NCBI GenBank assembly: GCA_963795085.1
Contig: CAWCFX010000003.1
Location: forward strand, 256,001-320,000
Length of the DNA stretch: 64,000 nucleotides
Direction of reading: 5' to 3'
Origin: an uncultured Gemmatimonadales bacterium
GTDB lineage: Bacteria; Gemmatimonadota; Gemmatimonadetes; Gemmatimonadales; GWC2-71-9
Made by a program: the position numbers and the translations under genes. The notes beneath the pieces are model-generated. The model was not told the origin of the DNA. It saw only the letters and a program-made list of their open reading frames with translations, and did not search any database. Of the stretch, positions 1 through 8,783 are shown one piece after another. Within the stretch, counting starts at the first letter, position 1, and the number at the start of each line of letters is the position of its first letter.

Positions 1-1
1 G

Positions 2-91
2 CCGACCCGGGCGGCCCGGGAACGGCGCCTCACCGGCAAGAAGAAGCAATCCGCGAAGAAGGCCCTGCGGCGGCCCCCCGACGACGAATAG
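2..91 (+). CDS. arfB: 3' end of alternative ribosome rescue peptidyl-tRNA hydrolase ArfB (partial)
   Basis: Frame 2 reads PTRAARERRLTGKKKQSAKKALRRPPDDE*, matching the basic C-terminal tail typical of ArfB/YaeJ. Confidence 0.75.
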   Translation, partial: PTRAARERRLTGKKKQSAKKALRRPPDDE

Positions 92-103
92 AAAGGGAAG
101 ACG

Positions 104-610
104 GTGGCGGTCACCGAAGTGCTGCGCACCTACCTGGAAATGCGGAATCCGGGCGACCTGGCCGGGGCGGCCCTGCCGGCCACCGGCACCCTCCAGCCGG
201 TGCGGGACTGCCCGGTTTCCTTTTATCGCTTCCTGTATCGCGAAGTGGGCCGGCACTATCACTGGCGCGACCGGCTGGCCTGGACCGACGACCAGGTCCG
301 GGCCTGGCTGGCCGATCCGGCCAATACCCTCCACGTCCTCTACATGCACGGCGCCCCAGCCGGATATTTCGAGTTGCGCATGGACACCGAGCAGAACGTG
401 GAGATAGCCTATTTCGGATTGCTGCCCGAATATCTCGGCCGCGGGCTGGGCAAGGGGATGCTGTCGGAAGCGGTCCTGGCGGGGTGGGGCCGCGGGGCGC
501 GCCGGGTATGGCTCCACACCTGCTCGCTGGACGACCCGGCGGCGCTGCCCAACTACCTCAAGCGGGGATTCAAGGCCTTCAAGGAAGAGCGGTACGAGAC
601 CACCCTCTGA
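104..610 (+). CDS. GNAT family N-acetyltransferase
   Basis: EIAYFGLLPEYLGRGLGK acetyl-CoA motif; WLHTCSLDDPAALPNYLKRGF. Confidence 0.9.
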   Translation: MAVTEVLRTYLEMRNPGDLAGAALPATGTLQPVRDCPVSFYRFLYREVGRHYHWRDRLAWTDDQVRAWLADPANTLHVLYMHGAPAGYFELRMDTEQNVEIAYFGLLPEYLGRGLGKGMLSEAVLAGWGRGARRVWLHTCSLDDPAALPNYLKRGFKAFKEERYETTL

Positions 611-1778
611 GCCTGGAAATGGCCCAGATGCCCCCAGCGGGACCGGCTGCCAGGAGAACAAAGGCCCAGCGCCAACCCAGCGCGCCGGCCGCCACCGGCA
701 CCAATTGAATGGTCGCCATCGTCAGGAGAAAACCGAGGGAAACCTGCAGGGTCAGAGCGGTGCCGACGGCGTGGGGCGGTGTCACCTCGGTGATCATGGC
801 ACTGAATTGCGCCGAATCGGAGACGATGAAAAACCCCCACACCATGGCGAGGGGAACCAGGACCCAGAAGCTGGCGCCGAAGACCAGGCCAATACCCAGC
901 GAGACCGTGCCACTGACTGCCATGGAAACCGTCACGACCCGGGCGTACCCCCACCGCCCCGCCATCCAGCCGCCCCAGACGGCGCCGGCGCCCCCCGACG
1001 CGATGATAAGAAACGATGCAAGATCCACCAGTCCAGGGGGAACGGGTGACCCCCGCTCCGACAGGCTGGCGCCGAGGAAGGCAGGAATCCAGGTCCACAT
1101 GGCGTAGAGTTCCCACATGTGGCCCAGATACCCTCCGGTCGCCAGCTGGGTGGGCCGATGGCGGAGCACGGTCAGGGCCAGACTCCAGGAAAAGGGGCGC
1201 CGGGGAAAGGGGAAAGGCCCATCGCGGTACCCGGCGCCGACCAGGACGGCCGACAGCACGGCGCCGGCGGAGGCGGCCAGCAGGACACCGTCGGCTCCGA
1301 TAGCAAACGAGCGAACGAGATAGGGGAAGGCCTTCCCGGTGGTGAGCGCGGCGACCAGGATGCCAATGGCGAGCCCCCGCTGGGCCTGGAACCAGGTGGC
1401 CAGCATCTTCATGGCGGGCGGATAGACGCCCGCGAGGAAGAAGCCGGTCAGGAATCGGAGCAGCAGCCCGGCCTCGTACCCGGGTGCGATAGGGAGGAAC
1501 GCATTGGCCAGCGCGGCCAGCAGCGCGGAGGCGGCGAAGTAGCCCCGCGCCGGGAGGATGTCCGCCAGGTTGAGCAGCGCGGCGGCCGCGGTGCCGGCCA
1601 CGAACCCGACCTGCACGACCGCGGTGAGCCAGCCAGCCTGGGCGGCGGACAGATGCCATTGCGCCCGCAGGTCGGGCGCGGCCGCGTTAGCCCCGAACCA
1701 GAGCGACATCCCCAGGAATTCCGCCACTGCCAGCAGGGCAAGGATCCGCCAGCGGTCCCGGTCCGCCGGCGGGCTCAT
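579..1778 (-). CDS. MFS transporter
   Basis: About 12 hydrophobic segments; AGVYPPAMK and DSAQFSA motifs; ATG at 1778 overlaps the ABC-F stop (ATGA). Confidence 0.9.
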   Translation of the reverse strand: MSPPADRDRWRILALLAVAEFLGMSLWFGANAAAPDLRAQWHLSAAQAGWLTAVVQVGFVAGTAAAALLNLADILPARGYFAASALLAALANAFLPIAPGYEAGLLLRFLTGFFLAGVYPPAMKMLATWFQAQRGLAIGILVAALTTGKAFPYLVRSFAIGADGVLLAASAGAVLSAVLVGAGYRDGPFPFPRRPFSWSLALTVLRHRPTQLATGGYLGHMWELYAMWTWIPAFLGASLSERGSPVPPGLVDLASFLIIASGGAGAVWGGWMAGRWGYARVVTVSMAVSGTVSLGIGLVFGASFWVLVPLAMVWGFFIVSDSAQFSAMITEVTPPHAVGTALTLQVSLGFLLTMATIQLVPVAAGALGWRWAFVLLAAGPAGGIWAISRLRGWSRTALP

Positions 1779-3703
1779 GACTCCAGTTCGTCCTGCGCCG
1801 CTGCCCACGACTCGAAGGCCCGGTCCAGTTCCGTCTTGAGCCCGTCCAGTTCCTGGCCCATCTGCGCGGCCCGCTTCCCTCCCTCGGCCGTGGTGTAGAG
1901 GTCGGGCTGCTCCAGCTCCGCCGTCAGTTCCGCAATCGCCGATTCCAGGGTCGCCACCCGGGCTTCGGCCTCCTCCAGTTTTCGGCGGCTGGCTCGCCGT
2001 CCGGCCTGCTGTTCTTTCCCGGCGGCCTGGGCCCGGCGCGTCCGCTGTTTTTCCGCCAGCAAGCGGCGATGTTCTTCTTCCTCCGCGGCCACCCGGGCGG
2101 CGTGGGCCCGCTCCCCGCTGACGGTCTCCCACTCGCCGAAACTGCCGTCAAAATCGGTGATCCGCCCTTGATGGAGCACCCACAGGCGGGTGGCAAGACC
2201 ACGAAGCAGTGCCCGGTCGTGGCTGACCAGCAGGACGGTGCCGTCGTATTCGTCAATCGCATCTTCGAGCGCCTCGATGGTCTCGACGTCGAGGTGGTTG
2301 GTCGGCTCGTCGAAGATGAGCAGGTTGGCGCCGCTCAGCATCAGCATGGCGAGGGCGACCCGGGCCCGCTCTCCGCCGGACAGCGTGCCGCCCTTGCGTT
2401 GCACGGTATCGCCGGAGAATCCGAAGCGGCCGAGGTGACCCTGGATCTGGCCCCGGTTCCATTGGGGCCGCAGGTCGTTGATGATGTCGTAGAGGGTGCG
2501 GTCGGCCGGAACCTGGCTCAGGTCCTGCCGGTAGTACGCCACCGTCACGGCGTTTCCCACCCGCAGGGTGCCTTCGTCCACCGGCCGCTCGCCCATCAGG
2601 GCCCGCAGCAGGGTGCTCTTTCCCGCCCCGTTGGGGCCCAGCAAGGCGAGCACTTCCTCCCGTTCCAGCCGGCCCGAAAAATCCCGGACCAGCGAGCGGT
2701 CGCCGATCCGGATGGTGGCCCGGTCCGCTACCACCACCTGGTCGCCGCCCCGGGCATCGGCCGCAAGGCGCAGCGACATCACCGCCCCCTCGCCGGGGGG
2801 AGGACTCAAGCGGGAGACCCGCTCCAGCCGGCGCCGCCGTCCCTTGGCCTGCCGGCTGCTGCCCCCCGCGATGTTGCGGCGGATGAAATCCTCCTCGGCG
2901 GCCAGCGCACCCCGCTGCTTGTCGAAGGCGCGCTGCTGGGAAAGCCGCCGCTCGGTCCGTTGCCGGACGAACGCATCATACCCCGCCGCGTAGGCGACGG
3001 CGGTGCGGTCTTCAACGTGGAGAATGTGGCTCGCAACCGCCTGCAGGAAAGCCCGGTCGTGACTGATCACCAGGATGGTGGCGTCGCTGCCCCGGAGATA
3101 CCCCTCGAGCCAGGCGGTGGTTTCGAGGTCGAGATGATTGGTCGGTTCGTCCAGCAGCAGCATGTCGGCGGGCGCGACCAGCTGGCGGGCCAGGCCCAGC
3201 CGCCCGCGTTCCCCCCCGCTCAGCGTATCCACCAGCCGGCTGCGCGCCTCCTCGGGATCGAACCCGAGGCCGTGGAGGACCGCGTCCACCCGGGGAGCAA
3301 ACGTGTAACCGCCCTCCCGCTCGAATCGCTCGAAGTCGCGGTCGTAGCGGGCCATCGCGGCGGGGGACGAATCGTGGGCGAGATCGTGGGCCTGATCGGC
3401 CAGGGAGCGTTCCAGCGCCAGCAACTCCCGGAACGGCCCCGCCGCCACTTCCCACACCGTCTCCTCATGCCCGAACGAGCGGTGTTGGTCCAGCACCGTC
3501 ACGCGCAGCCCGGAATCCCGCACCACCGAACCTCGGCTGGGTTCGAGGGTTCCCATGATGAGGTTGAAGAGCGTGGTTTTGCCGGATCCGTTGCGCCCCA
3601 CGACGCCCCAGCACTGGCGCCGCTCGACGGAGAAGGACACGTTCTCCAGGAGGGTGGTAGCCCCGAAGATGACGGCAACGCCGCTCAGTGCGAGCTGCGG
3701 CAT
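1775..3703 (-). CDS. ABC-F family ATP-binding protein
   Basis: Two ABC cassettes (GRNGSGKT, GPNGAGKS; LSGGE; LDEPTNHLD/FDEPTNHLD), no TM segments, C-terminal coiled coil. Confidence 0.95.
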   Translation of the reverse strand: MPQLALSGVAVIFGATTLLENVSFSVERRQCWGVVGRNGSGKTTLFNLIMGTLEPSRGSVVRDSGLRVTVLDQHRSFGHEETVWEVAAGPFRELLALERSLADQAHDLAHDSSPAAMARYDRDFERFEREGGYTFAPRVDAVLHGLGFDPEEARSRLVDTLSGGERGRLGLARQLVAPADMLLLDEPTNHLDLETTAWLEGYLRGSDATILVISHDRAFLQAVASHILHVEDRTAVAYAAGYDAFVRQRTERRLSQQRAFDKQRGALAAEEDFIRRNIAGGSSRQAKGRRRRLERVSRLSPPPGEGAVMSLRLAADARGGDQVVVADRATIRIGDRSLVRDFSGRLEREEVLALLGPNGAGKSTLLRALMGERPVDEGTLRVGNAVTVAYYRQDLSQVPADRTLYDIINDLRPQWNRGQIQGHLGRFGFSGDTVQRKGGTLSGGERARVALAMLMLSGANLLIFDEPTNHLDVETIEALEDAIDEYDGTVLLVSHDRALLRGLATRLWVLHQGRITDFDGSFGEWETVSGERAHAARVAAEEEEHRRLLAEKQRTRRAQAAGKEQQAGRRASRRKLEEAEARVATLESAIAELTAELEQPDLYTTAEGGKRAAQMGQELDGLKTELDRAFESWAAAQDELES

Positions 3704-3704
3704 G

Positions 3705-4052
3705 CTACTTCCCCACCCACTGTTTCCAGGTGTCTTCCGCCAGCCCCACGGTGACCTGGTGCTGCTGCCGCACCAGCGGATTCACCAGCAGGCCCGGCTC
3801 ATCGGCCAGTTTCTCCAGCCAGCGATCCTCGGACAGGCGAGACGCGTGCAACCCCAGGTCGGCAAAGCGCCGCCCCCCCCGGTCCACCAGCGTCTCGACC
3901 CCGAACTTCTGGGCAAACCGGCGAAGTTCGCCGATGGATGCCGCCCGCTCGGACAGGTCCACGAAATGCACCTTGACTCTCCGTTCCGCGAAGAACCGGA
4001 GCGCCTTTCTGGTGTCGGGGTTTTTCTTGAAGCCGAAAATCTGGACGTCCAT
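3705..4052 (-). CDS. ArsC/Spx/MgsR family protein lacking cysteine
   Basis: MDVQIFGFKKNPDTRKALRFFAER...LLVNPLVR, an ArsC/YffB-like pattern, 115 aa. Confidence 0.8.
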   Translation of the reverse strand: MDVQIFGFKKNPDTRKALRFFAERRVKVHFVDLSERAASIGELRRFAQKFGVETLVDRGGRRFADLGLHASRLSEDRWLEKLADEPGLLVNPLVRQQHQVTVGLAEDTWKQWVGK

Positions 4053-4235
4053 GCCGGAGCCGAGTGCCGGGAGCGGGGTGCAGGGGTGGTCGGGCCGGAA
4101 AGTAATCGCCCCGCGCCACCGGTGAGAATGCCGCGACAGCCGCCGGCCAGGCGATAGGGGACAACCACTTAGCTCCCTGTGCAAGTCTCCCCCCTCCCCG
4201 CATCTCCTGCCCGGTCGCCAAACCGGAGGATCCCC

Positions 4236-6458
4236 ATGCGCCCGATGCTCGTCGCCGCGGCTCTCGCCGCCAGTGTCACCGTCCCGCTCTCGGCCCAGGG
4301 ATGGATCGACGTGGAACGCCGGCCCAATCTCACCCTGCCTGCCACCTCGGTGCTCCGGGTGAGCTCCCAGGTGCGGGTCCAGATCGAGGGCCGGGTTGCC
4401 CGGGTGGAAGTGGAGGAACAGTTTCGCAACAGCGGCAGCGGAATCGCCGAGGGCACCTACCTCTACCCCATGCCGGGCGAGGCCGTGTTCACCGATTTTT
4501 CGCTATGGATGGGAGAACAGGAGGTCCGCGGCGAGATGATGCGGGCGGAGCAGGCGAGGGGTATCTATGAAGAGATCGTCCGCCGCCTCAAGGACCCTGC
4601 CCTGTTAACCCTCGAAGGACATGGTCTGATGCGCGCCCGGGTTTTCCCCATTCAGCCCGGAGAGACCCGGAAGGTCGTGCTCCGCTACACCCAGATGCTG
4701 GACCGGTCGGGTGACGCGTTGCGCCTTCGATACGCCATTGGCAGCCGCGACCGGGGGCGGGACCGGGGCCAGGGCGACGAAATCGCCGGCCAGTTCCGGG
4801 ACCAGTTCTCCCTCCGGGTCACCCTGCCGGAGACCGCCGACCTGGGCACCCCGTACTCTCCCACCCACCAACTGACGACCCGGCGGATGGGTGAACGGCT
4901 CGTCGTTTCGCTGGACCCCGAGGCGTCCGGCGACGTCGAACTGTTCATTCCACTCCGCCGCGGCCTGGTCGGGACCAGCCTGGTCACCCACGCGCCCGGA
5001 AGCGAGCCCGGCTTCTTCATGCTGCTGCTGGCTCCACCGGGACGGGAAGAGGCCAGCGTCATTCCGCGGGATCTTTCCCTGGTCGTGGACGTATCGGGCT
5101 CGATGTCCGGTGACAAGATCGAACAAGCCCGGGCGGCAATTCTGCAGACCCTGGGCACGTTGCAGGCGACCGACCGCTTCCGCCTGGTCGCGTTCTCCTC
5201 AGCGGTGCGCAATTTCCGGCCGGGCTTCGTACCGGCGACCGCGGAGAACCTTTCCGCCGCCCGCCGCTTTGCCCAGAACCTGTCCGCCAACGGGGGCACC
5301 AATATTGAAGCCGCTCTCAATGCGGTATTGACCGAGACTGCCGCGGCAGAACGACTTTCCATCATCATCTTTCTCACCGACGGCATCCCCTCCGTCGGTG
5401 AGCAGGCGCCCGACCGGATCGCCGAAGCCGCCGGGAGCCGAATCGGCCAGAACCGGATCTTCACGGTGGGTGTCGGCCACGACGTGAACACGTATCTGCT
5501 CGACCGGCTGGCCCGGGAAGGGCGCGGTAGCGCCGCGTACGTGGCACCCGACGCGGACGTCGAGGTGGCGGTTGGCTCGCTGGCCGCCAAGATTCAACAC
5601 CCGGCACTCGTCAACCTCCGGATCGTCGGCAGTCCCGTGCAGCTGGTCCAGTCCTTCCCCGCCACCCTGCCCGATCTGTTCTACGGCGAGGAGCTGGTGA
5701 TCTTCGGGCGCTATCGTGGCACCGGGACCGGCAACGTGGTGGTCGAGGGGGAACGGAACGGGCGGCGGGAGCGCTTCACGGCCCGGGCCGTCTTTCCCCT
5801 CAGCGAAGACGGCAACGAGTTCATACCCAAGCTCTGGGCCTCCCGGCGGATCGGCGAGTTGACCCGGCAGATCCGAATCGAAGGCGCGACCCCCGGTTTG
5901 ATCGAGCAGGTGCGGGACCTGGGACTCCGCTATGGCATTCTGACGGAGTACACCTCCTATTTGGTGCTGGAGCCAGGCATGGGGGGTGACCGGCCGATGC
6001 GGGAGGAAGCCCGGGCAGGGGCTGGCGCCCCGGTCGCCGCGGCACCGAGACTGCAGACCGGGGCCAATGCCTTCGCCGCCGCCGATGCCAGCGCGAAGAT
6101 GTCATCCGCGGGCACCGTCGCCGAAAGCGATCAGCTCGCCGAACGGCGGATGCGAGACCTGGGCAACGCCGGGTCCCAACCCCTGCGGCGGGCCGGTTCC
6201 AAGATGTTCCGGCTGGTGGGTTCGGTCTGGACCGATGTGGCCCACCGGGACAGCCTCGCGGTGATGGACGTCGCGCCCTTCAGCGACGCCTACTTCGCCC
6301 TGGTCCGGGCACTGCCGGAACTGAGCCAGTACCTCACCGTTGGCGACGAGATACTGGTCGCCGGGCACCGGGGCAGTATCAGGATTTCCGCCGGCGGGAG
6401 AACCCAGTGGCCGTCCGGCCAGCTGGAACGGGTAGTCCAACTGTATCGGGGTCGATGA
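4236..6458 (+). CDS. Secreted VIT + von Willebrand factor A domain protein
   Basis: GGAGGA RBS, signal peptide, VIT-like N-domain (EEQFRN...DPALL), MIDAS DVSGS, FLTDG, ILTEYTSYLV. Confidence 0.9.
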   Translation: MRPMLVAAALAASVTVPLSAQGWIDVERRPNLTLPATSVLRVSSQVRVQIEGRVARVEVEEQFRNSGSGIAEGTYLYPMPGEAVFTDFSLWMGEQEVRGEMMRAEQARGIYEEIVRRLKDPALLTLEGHGLMRARVFPIQPGETRKVVLRYTQMLDRSGDALRLRYAIGSRDRGRDRGQGDEIAGQFRDQFSLRVTLPETADLGTPYSPTHQLTTRRMGERLVVSLDPEASGDVELFIPLRRGLVGTSLVTHAPGSEPGFFMLLLAPPGREEASVIPRDLSLVVDVSGSMSGDKIEQARAAILQTLGTLQATDRFRLVAFSSAVRNFRPGFVPATAENLSAARRFAQNLSANGGTNIEAALNAVLTETAAAERLSIIIFLTDGIPSVGEQAPDRIAEAAGSRIGQNRIFTVGVGHDVNTYLLDRLAREGRGSAAYVAPDADVEVAVGSLAAKIQHPALVNLRIVGSPVQLVQSFPATLPDLFYGEELVIFGRYRGTGTGNVVVEGERNGRRERFTARAVFPLSEDGNEFIPKLWASRRIGELTRQIRIEGATPGLIEQVRDLGLRYGILTEYTSYLVLEPGMGGDRPMREEARAGAGAPVAAAPRLQTGANAFAAADASAKMSSAGTVAESDQLAERRMRDLGNAGSQPLRRAGSKMFRLVGSVWTDVAHRDSLAVMDVAPFSDAYFALVRALPELSQYLTVGDEILVAGHRGSIRISAGGRTQWPSGQLERVVQLYRGR

Positions 6459-6955
6459 GCCACGATCTGACCGAGCTGTATCACAGCTATCACGATTCGC
6501 TGGTCCGGATGGTCTATCGCCGGACCGGCGATCGTGATCGCGCGGAAGACATTGCCCAGGAGACGTTCGCGCGGGCGATGACGGCGCCCCCGGACAACCC
6601 GCGCCCCTGGCTCTTTGCGGTGGCGCTCAACCTGGTGCGGGAGGATGGCCGGAAGTCGGTCCGGCAGGGCCGCCGGCTTCAGTTGTTGAAGGCCGAATCA
6701 CCCCAATCCGCGCCGATGCCGGACGCGGAGTTTGACCGGGAGGAGCGCACCCGGTCGGTCCGCGCGGCGCTCGACCAGTTGTCGGAGCGCGACCGGGAGG
6801 TCCTGTTGCTCAAGGCCGAGGGATTCAACTACGACGAGATCGCCGCCACCCTGGGATTAGCCAAGGGGGCGATTGGAACGACCTTGGCGCGGGCGCGCCG
6901 CCGGCTGGTCGAGGCGTACCGCGCCGATGAGAAGGAGAATCATGCCGCATCTTGA
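6455..6955 (+). CDS. ECF RNA polymerase sigma-70 factor
   Basis: AEDIAQETF, PWLFAVALN, region 4 (GFNYDEIAATLG...TTLARARRRL); ATGA overlap with the upstream gene. Confidence 0.93.
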   Translation: MSHDLTELYHSYHDSLVRMVYRRTGDRDRAEDIAQETFARAMTAPPDNPRPWLFAVALNLVREDGRKSVRQGRRLQLLKAESPQSAPMPDAEFDREERTRSVRAALDQLSERDREVLLLKAEGFNYDEIAATLGLAKGAIGTTLARARRRLVEAYRADEKENHAAS

Positions 6956-7979
6956 TGAAGGCCACCTGATGGCGCTGCTCGACGGCGAACTCGCCGCCCT
7001 GGAGGAGCAGGAGACCCACGCTCACCTGGCGGCCTGTCCGGAATGCCGTGCCCGGCTCCAGGAACTCAGGGGATTTATGGTCGAGGCCGATGGCCTGGTG
7101 GGGGGCATTACGGTGCCCCCCGCTGCGTCCGCGCCGGCTGCCCCGGTAGCCGCGGGCAGCCGCCGCAGGCTCTCCCCACGGACACTCGCCTGGGCGGCGA
7201 CGGTTGTGGCGGCTACCGGGCTGGGTTTCGCGGGGTCCAATCTGCTGAGAAGTCCCGCCACGGAGCCCGCACACCAGGTTTCCGAGGCCAACCGATCTGC
7301 CGCCTCCGCACCGCCGGCCCCGGCAACCCAGTCTCCCGCCGCGGCGGCACCCCCGCTGGCTCCGCCGGAACAGGAACTTGCGGTCCGGCAGGTTCCCGCC
7401 CGCCGGCAGGACGAATCAGCCTCCACCTCCGGCCTCGCGGTGGCGGAGACGGACGAGGCAGCCGACCGGGTGGCCGGACAGCGAGCGGGTGTCCAGGCCA
7501 ACCAGACGCCGGTGGTAGGACGGATCGGGGAACCGGATACCCGGCCGCTCAGCCTGGCGCCCTCCGAGCCGCAGGCCTTTTCCGCCAAGTCGGCGGAACG
7601 CAGCCGCGCCGAGGCGCCGTCCTTGACGGCTCGCGATCAGGCTACCGTGACCATGGAGGAGGCGGTCCGAAGCCTTTCTGGGGTGATCCGGTTGATTGAC
7701 GGTCTGACGCCCGAACAATTCGAGGTGACTGCAAACGATAGCATCACCCCATCCGTAAGGGTCACCTACCGGGTGGGTCCGGGTGAGACCCCCCTGATCC
7801 TGGAGCAGAGCCGCGGAGTCAGACGTACTCCGGATGATGCGGTCTCCGCCGGGGCAGCCATGGCCCCCGTTCAGAGTCCCAATCAGTTGGAGTGGAAGGA
7901 CTTAGATGGTTTTTCCCTGCGGCTCATCGGAAATGTGAGCAAAGACTCGCTTAAACTCTTCAAGGCACGGGTAAAATAG
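6942..7979 (+). CDS. Zinc-finger (zf-HC2) transmembrane anti-sigma factor
   Basis: HLAACPEC (HxxxCxxC), TM segment LAWAATVVAATGLG, Ala/Pro-rich linker; AAGGAG RBS; overlaps the sigma gene. Confidence 0.85.
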   Translation: MPHLDEGHLMALLDGELAALEEQETHAHLAACPECRARLQELRGFMVEADGLVGGITVPPAASAPAAPVAAGSRRRLSPRTLAWAATVVAATGLGFAGSNLLRSPATEPAHQVSEANRSAASAPPAPATQSPAAAAPPLAPPEQELAVRQVPARRQDESASTSGLAVAETDEAADRVAGQRAGVQANQTPVVGRIGEPDTRPLSLAPSEPQAFSAKSAERSRAEAPSLTARDQATVTMEEAVRSLSGVIRLIDGLTPEQFEVTANDSITPSVRVTYRVGPGETPLILEQSRGVRRTPDDAVSAGAAMAPVQSPNQLEWKDLDGFSLRLIGNVSKDSLKLFKARVK

Positions 7980-8140
7980 GTCCCGAGGATTGGGACAAAT
8001 TCCTGCAGCACTTGGCTTTTCCTCACTTTACCTACCCCCCATGGCTCCATATATTGTAGCCGGGTCCGGCGGGGGGGTGGGTATTCGCCGGTTCGAGGCG
8101 GGAAAGTCTCCCGCATCATTCACTCAATCGGAGGTTCCTG

Positions 8141-8707
8141 ATGAAGCGGATCGTGAGAAGCGCTGCGGTTCTGGGCATGGTGGCCATGGTAAGTGTTGCA
8201 TCCGCCCACGCGCAGGCTCCAGGTCGGGCCAGCTTCCATGTGGCTGGTGGCGTCACCCTCCCCATGGGTGATTTTGGGGATTTCTTTGGAACCGGGTTCC
8301 AGGGTCTGGCCGGCGTGAACTTCGGGCTGGGCAGCATTCCGTTCGCCCTTCGGGTGGACGGCTTCTATGGCCAGAACAGCGGCGATGAAGCCGTGACCGG
8401 TCCGGACGTGAAGGTCAAGATGTTCGGTGGCATGGCGGGTGGCCAGTTCAACTTCGGCTCCGCCGCTTCGCCGGTGAAGCCCTACATCCTGGCCCAGGTC
8501 GGCATGGTGAACAACAAGGTCAGCGGCCCGGGTGGCAGCACCGACGGCGAGAGCGACTTCGCGTTCGGCGGCGGCGGCGGCGTCGGGTTCGGTCTCGGCT
8601 CCATGGCGGCGTTCGTGGAGGGCCAGTATGTCTCGGTCCAGACCGAGGGGAGCTCCAGCAACTTCATCGCGGCCCGCTTCGGCATTCGCTTCGGCGGCGG
8701 CATGTAA
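8141..8707 (+). CDS. Outer membrane beta-barrel protein
   Basis: GGAGG RBS, signal peptide (AHA|Q), Gly/aromatic amphipathic strands, C-terminal FGIRF. Confidence 0.85.
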   Translation: MKRIVRSAAVLGMVAMVSVASAHAQAPGRASFHVAGGVTLPMGDFGDFFGTGFQGLAGVNFGLGSIPFALRVDGFYGQNSGDEAVTGPDVKVKMFGGMAGGQFNFGSAASPVKPYILAQVGMVNNKVSGPGGSTDGESDFAFGGGGGVGFGLGSMAAFVEGQYVSVQTEGSSSNFIAARFGIRFGGGM

Positions 8708-8722
8708 TTCGTGGCAGTACCA

Positions 8723-8760
8723 GAAAGGCCGGCATCGTCCAGATGCCGGCCTTTTCTTTT
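8723..8760 (+). terminator. Rho-independent terminator
   Basis: AAAGGCCGGCATC-gtcca-GATGCCGGCCTTT stem followed by a T-rich tract. Confidence 0.9.
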
Positions 8761-8783
8761 ATGGACCATCTCCCGAGGCATCC

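Noticed and set aside
8060..8110. GGTTCGA motif suggesting a tRNA T-loop
   Set aside because: No cloverleaf or acceptor stem can be formed around it.
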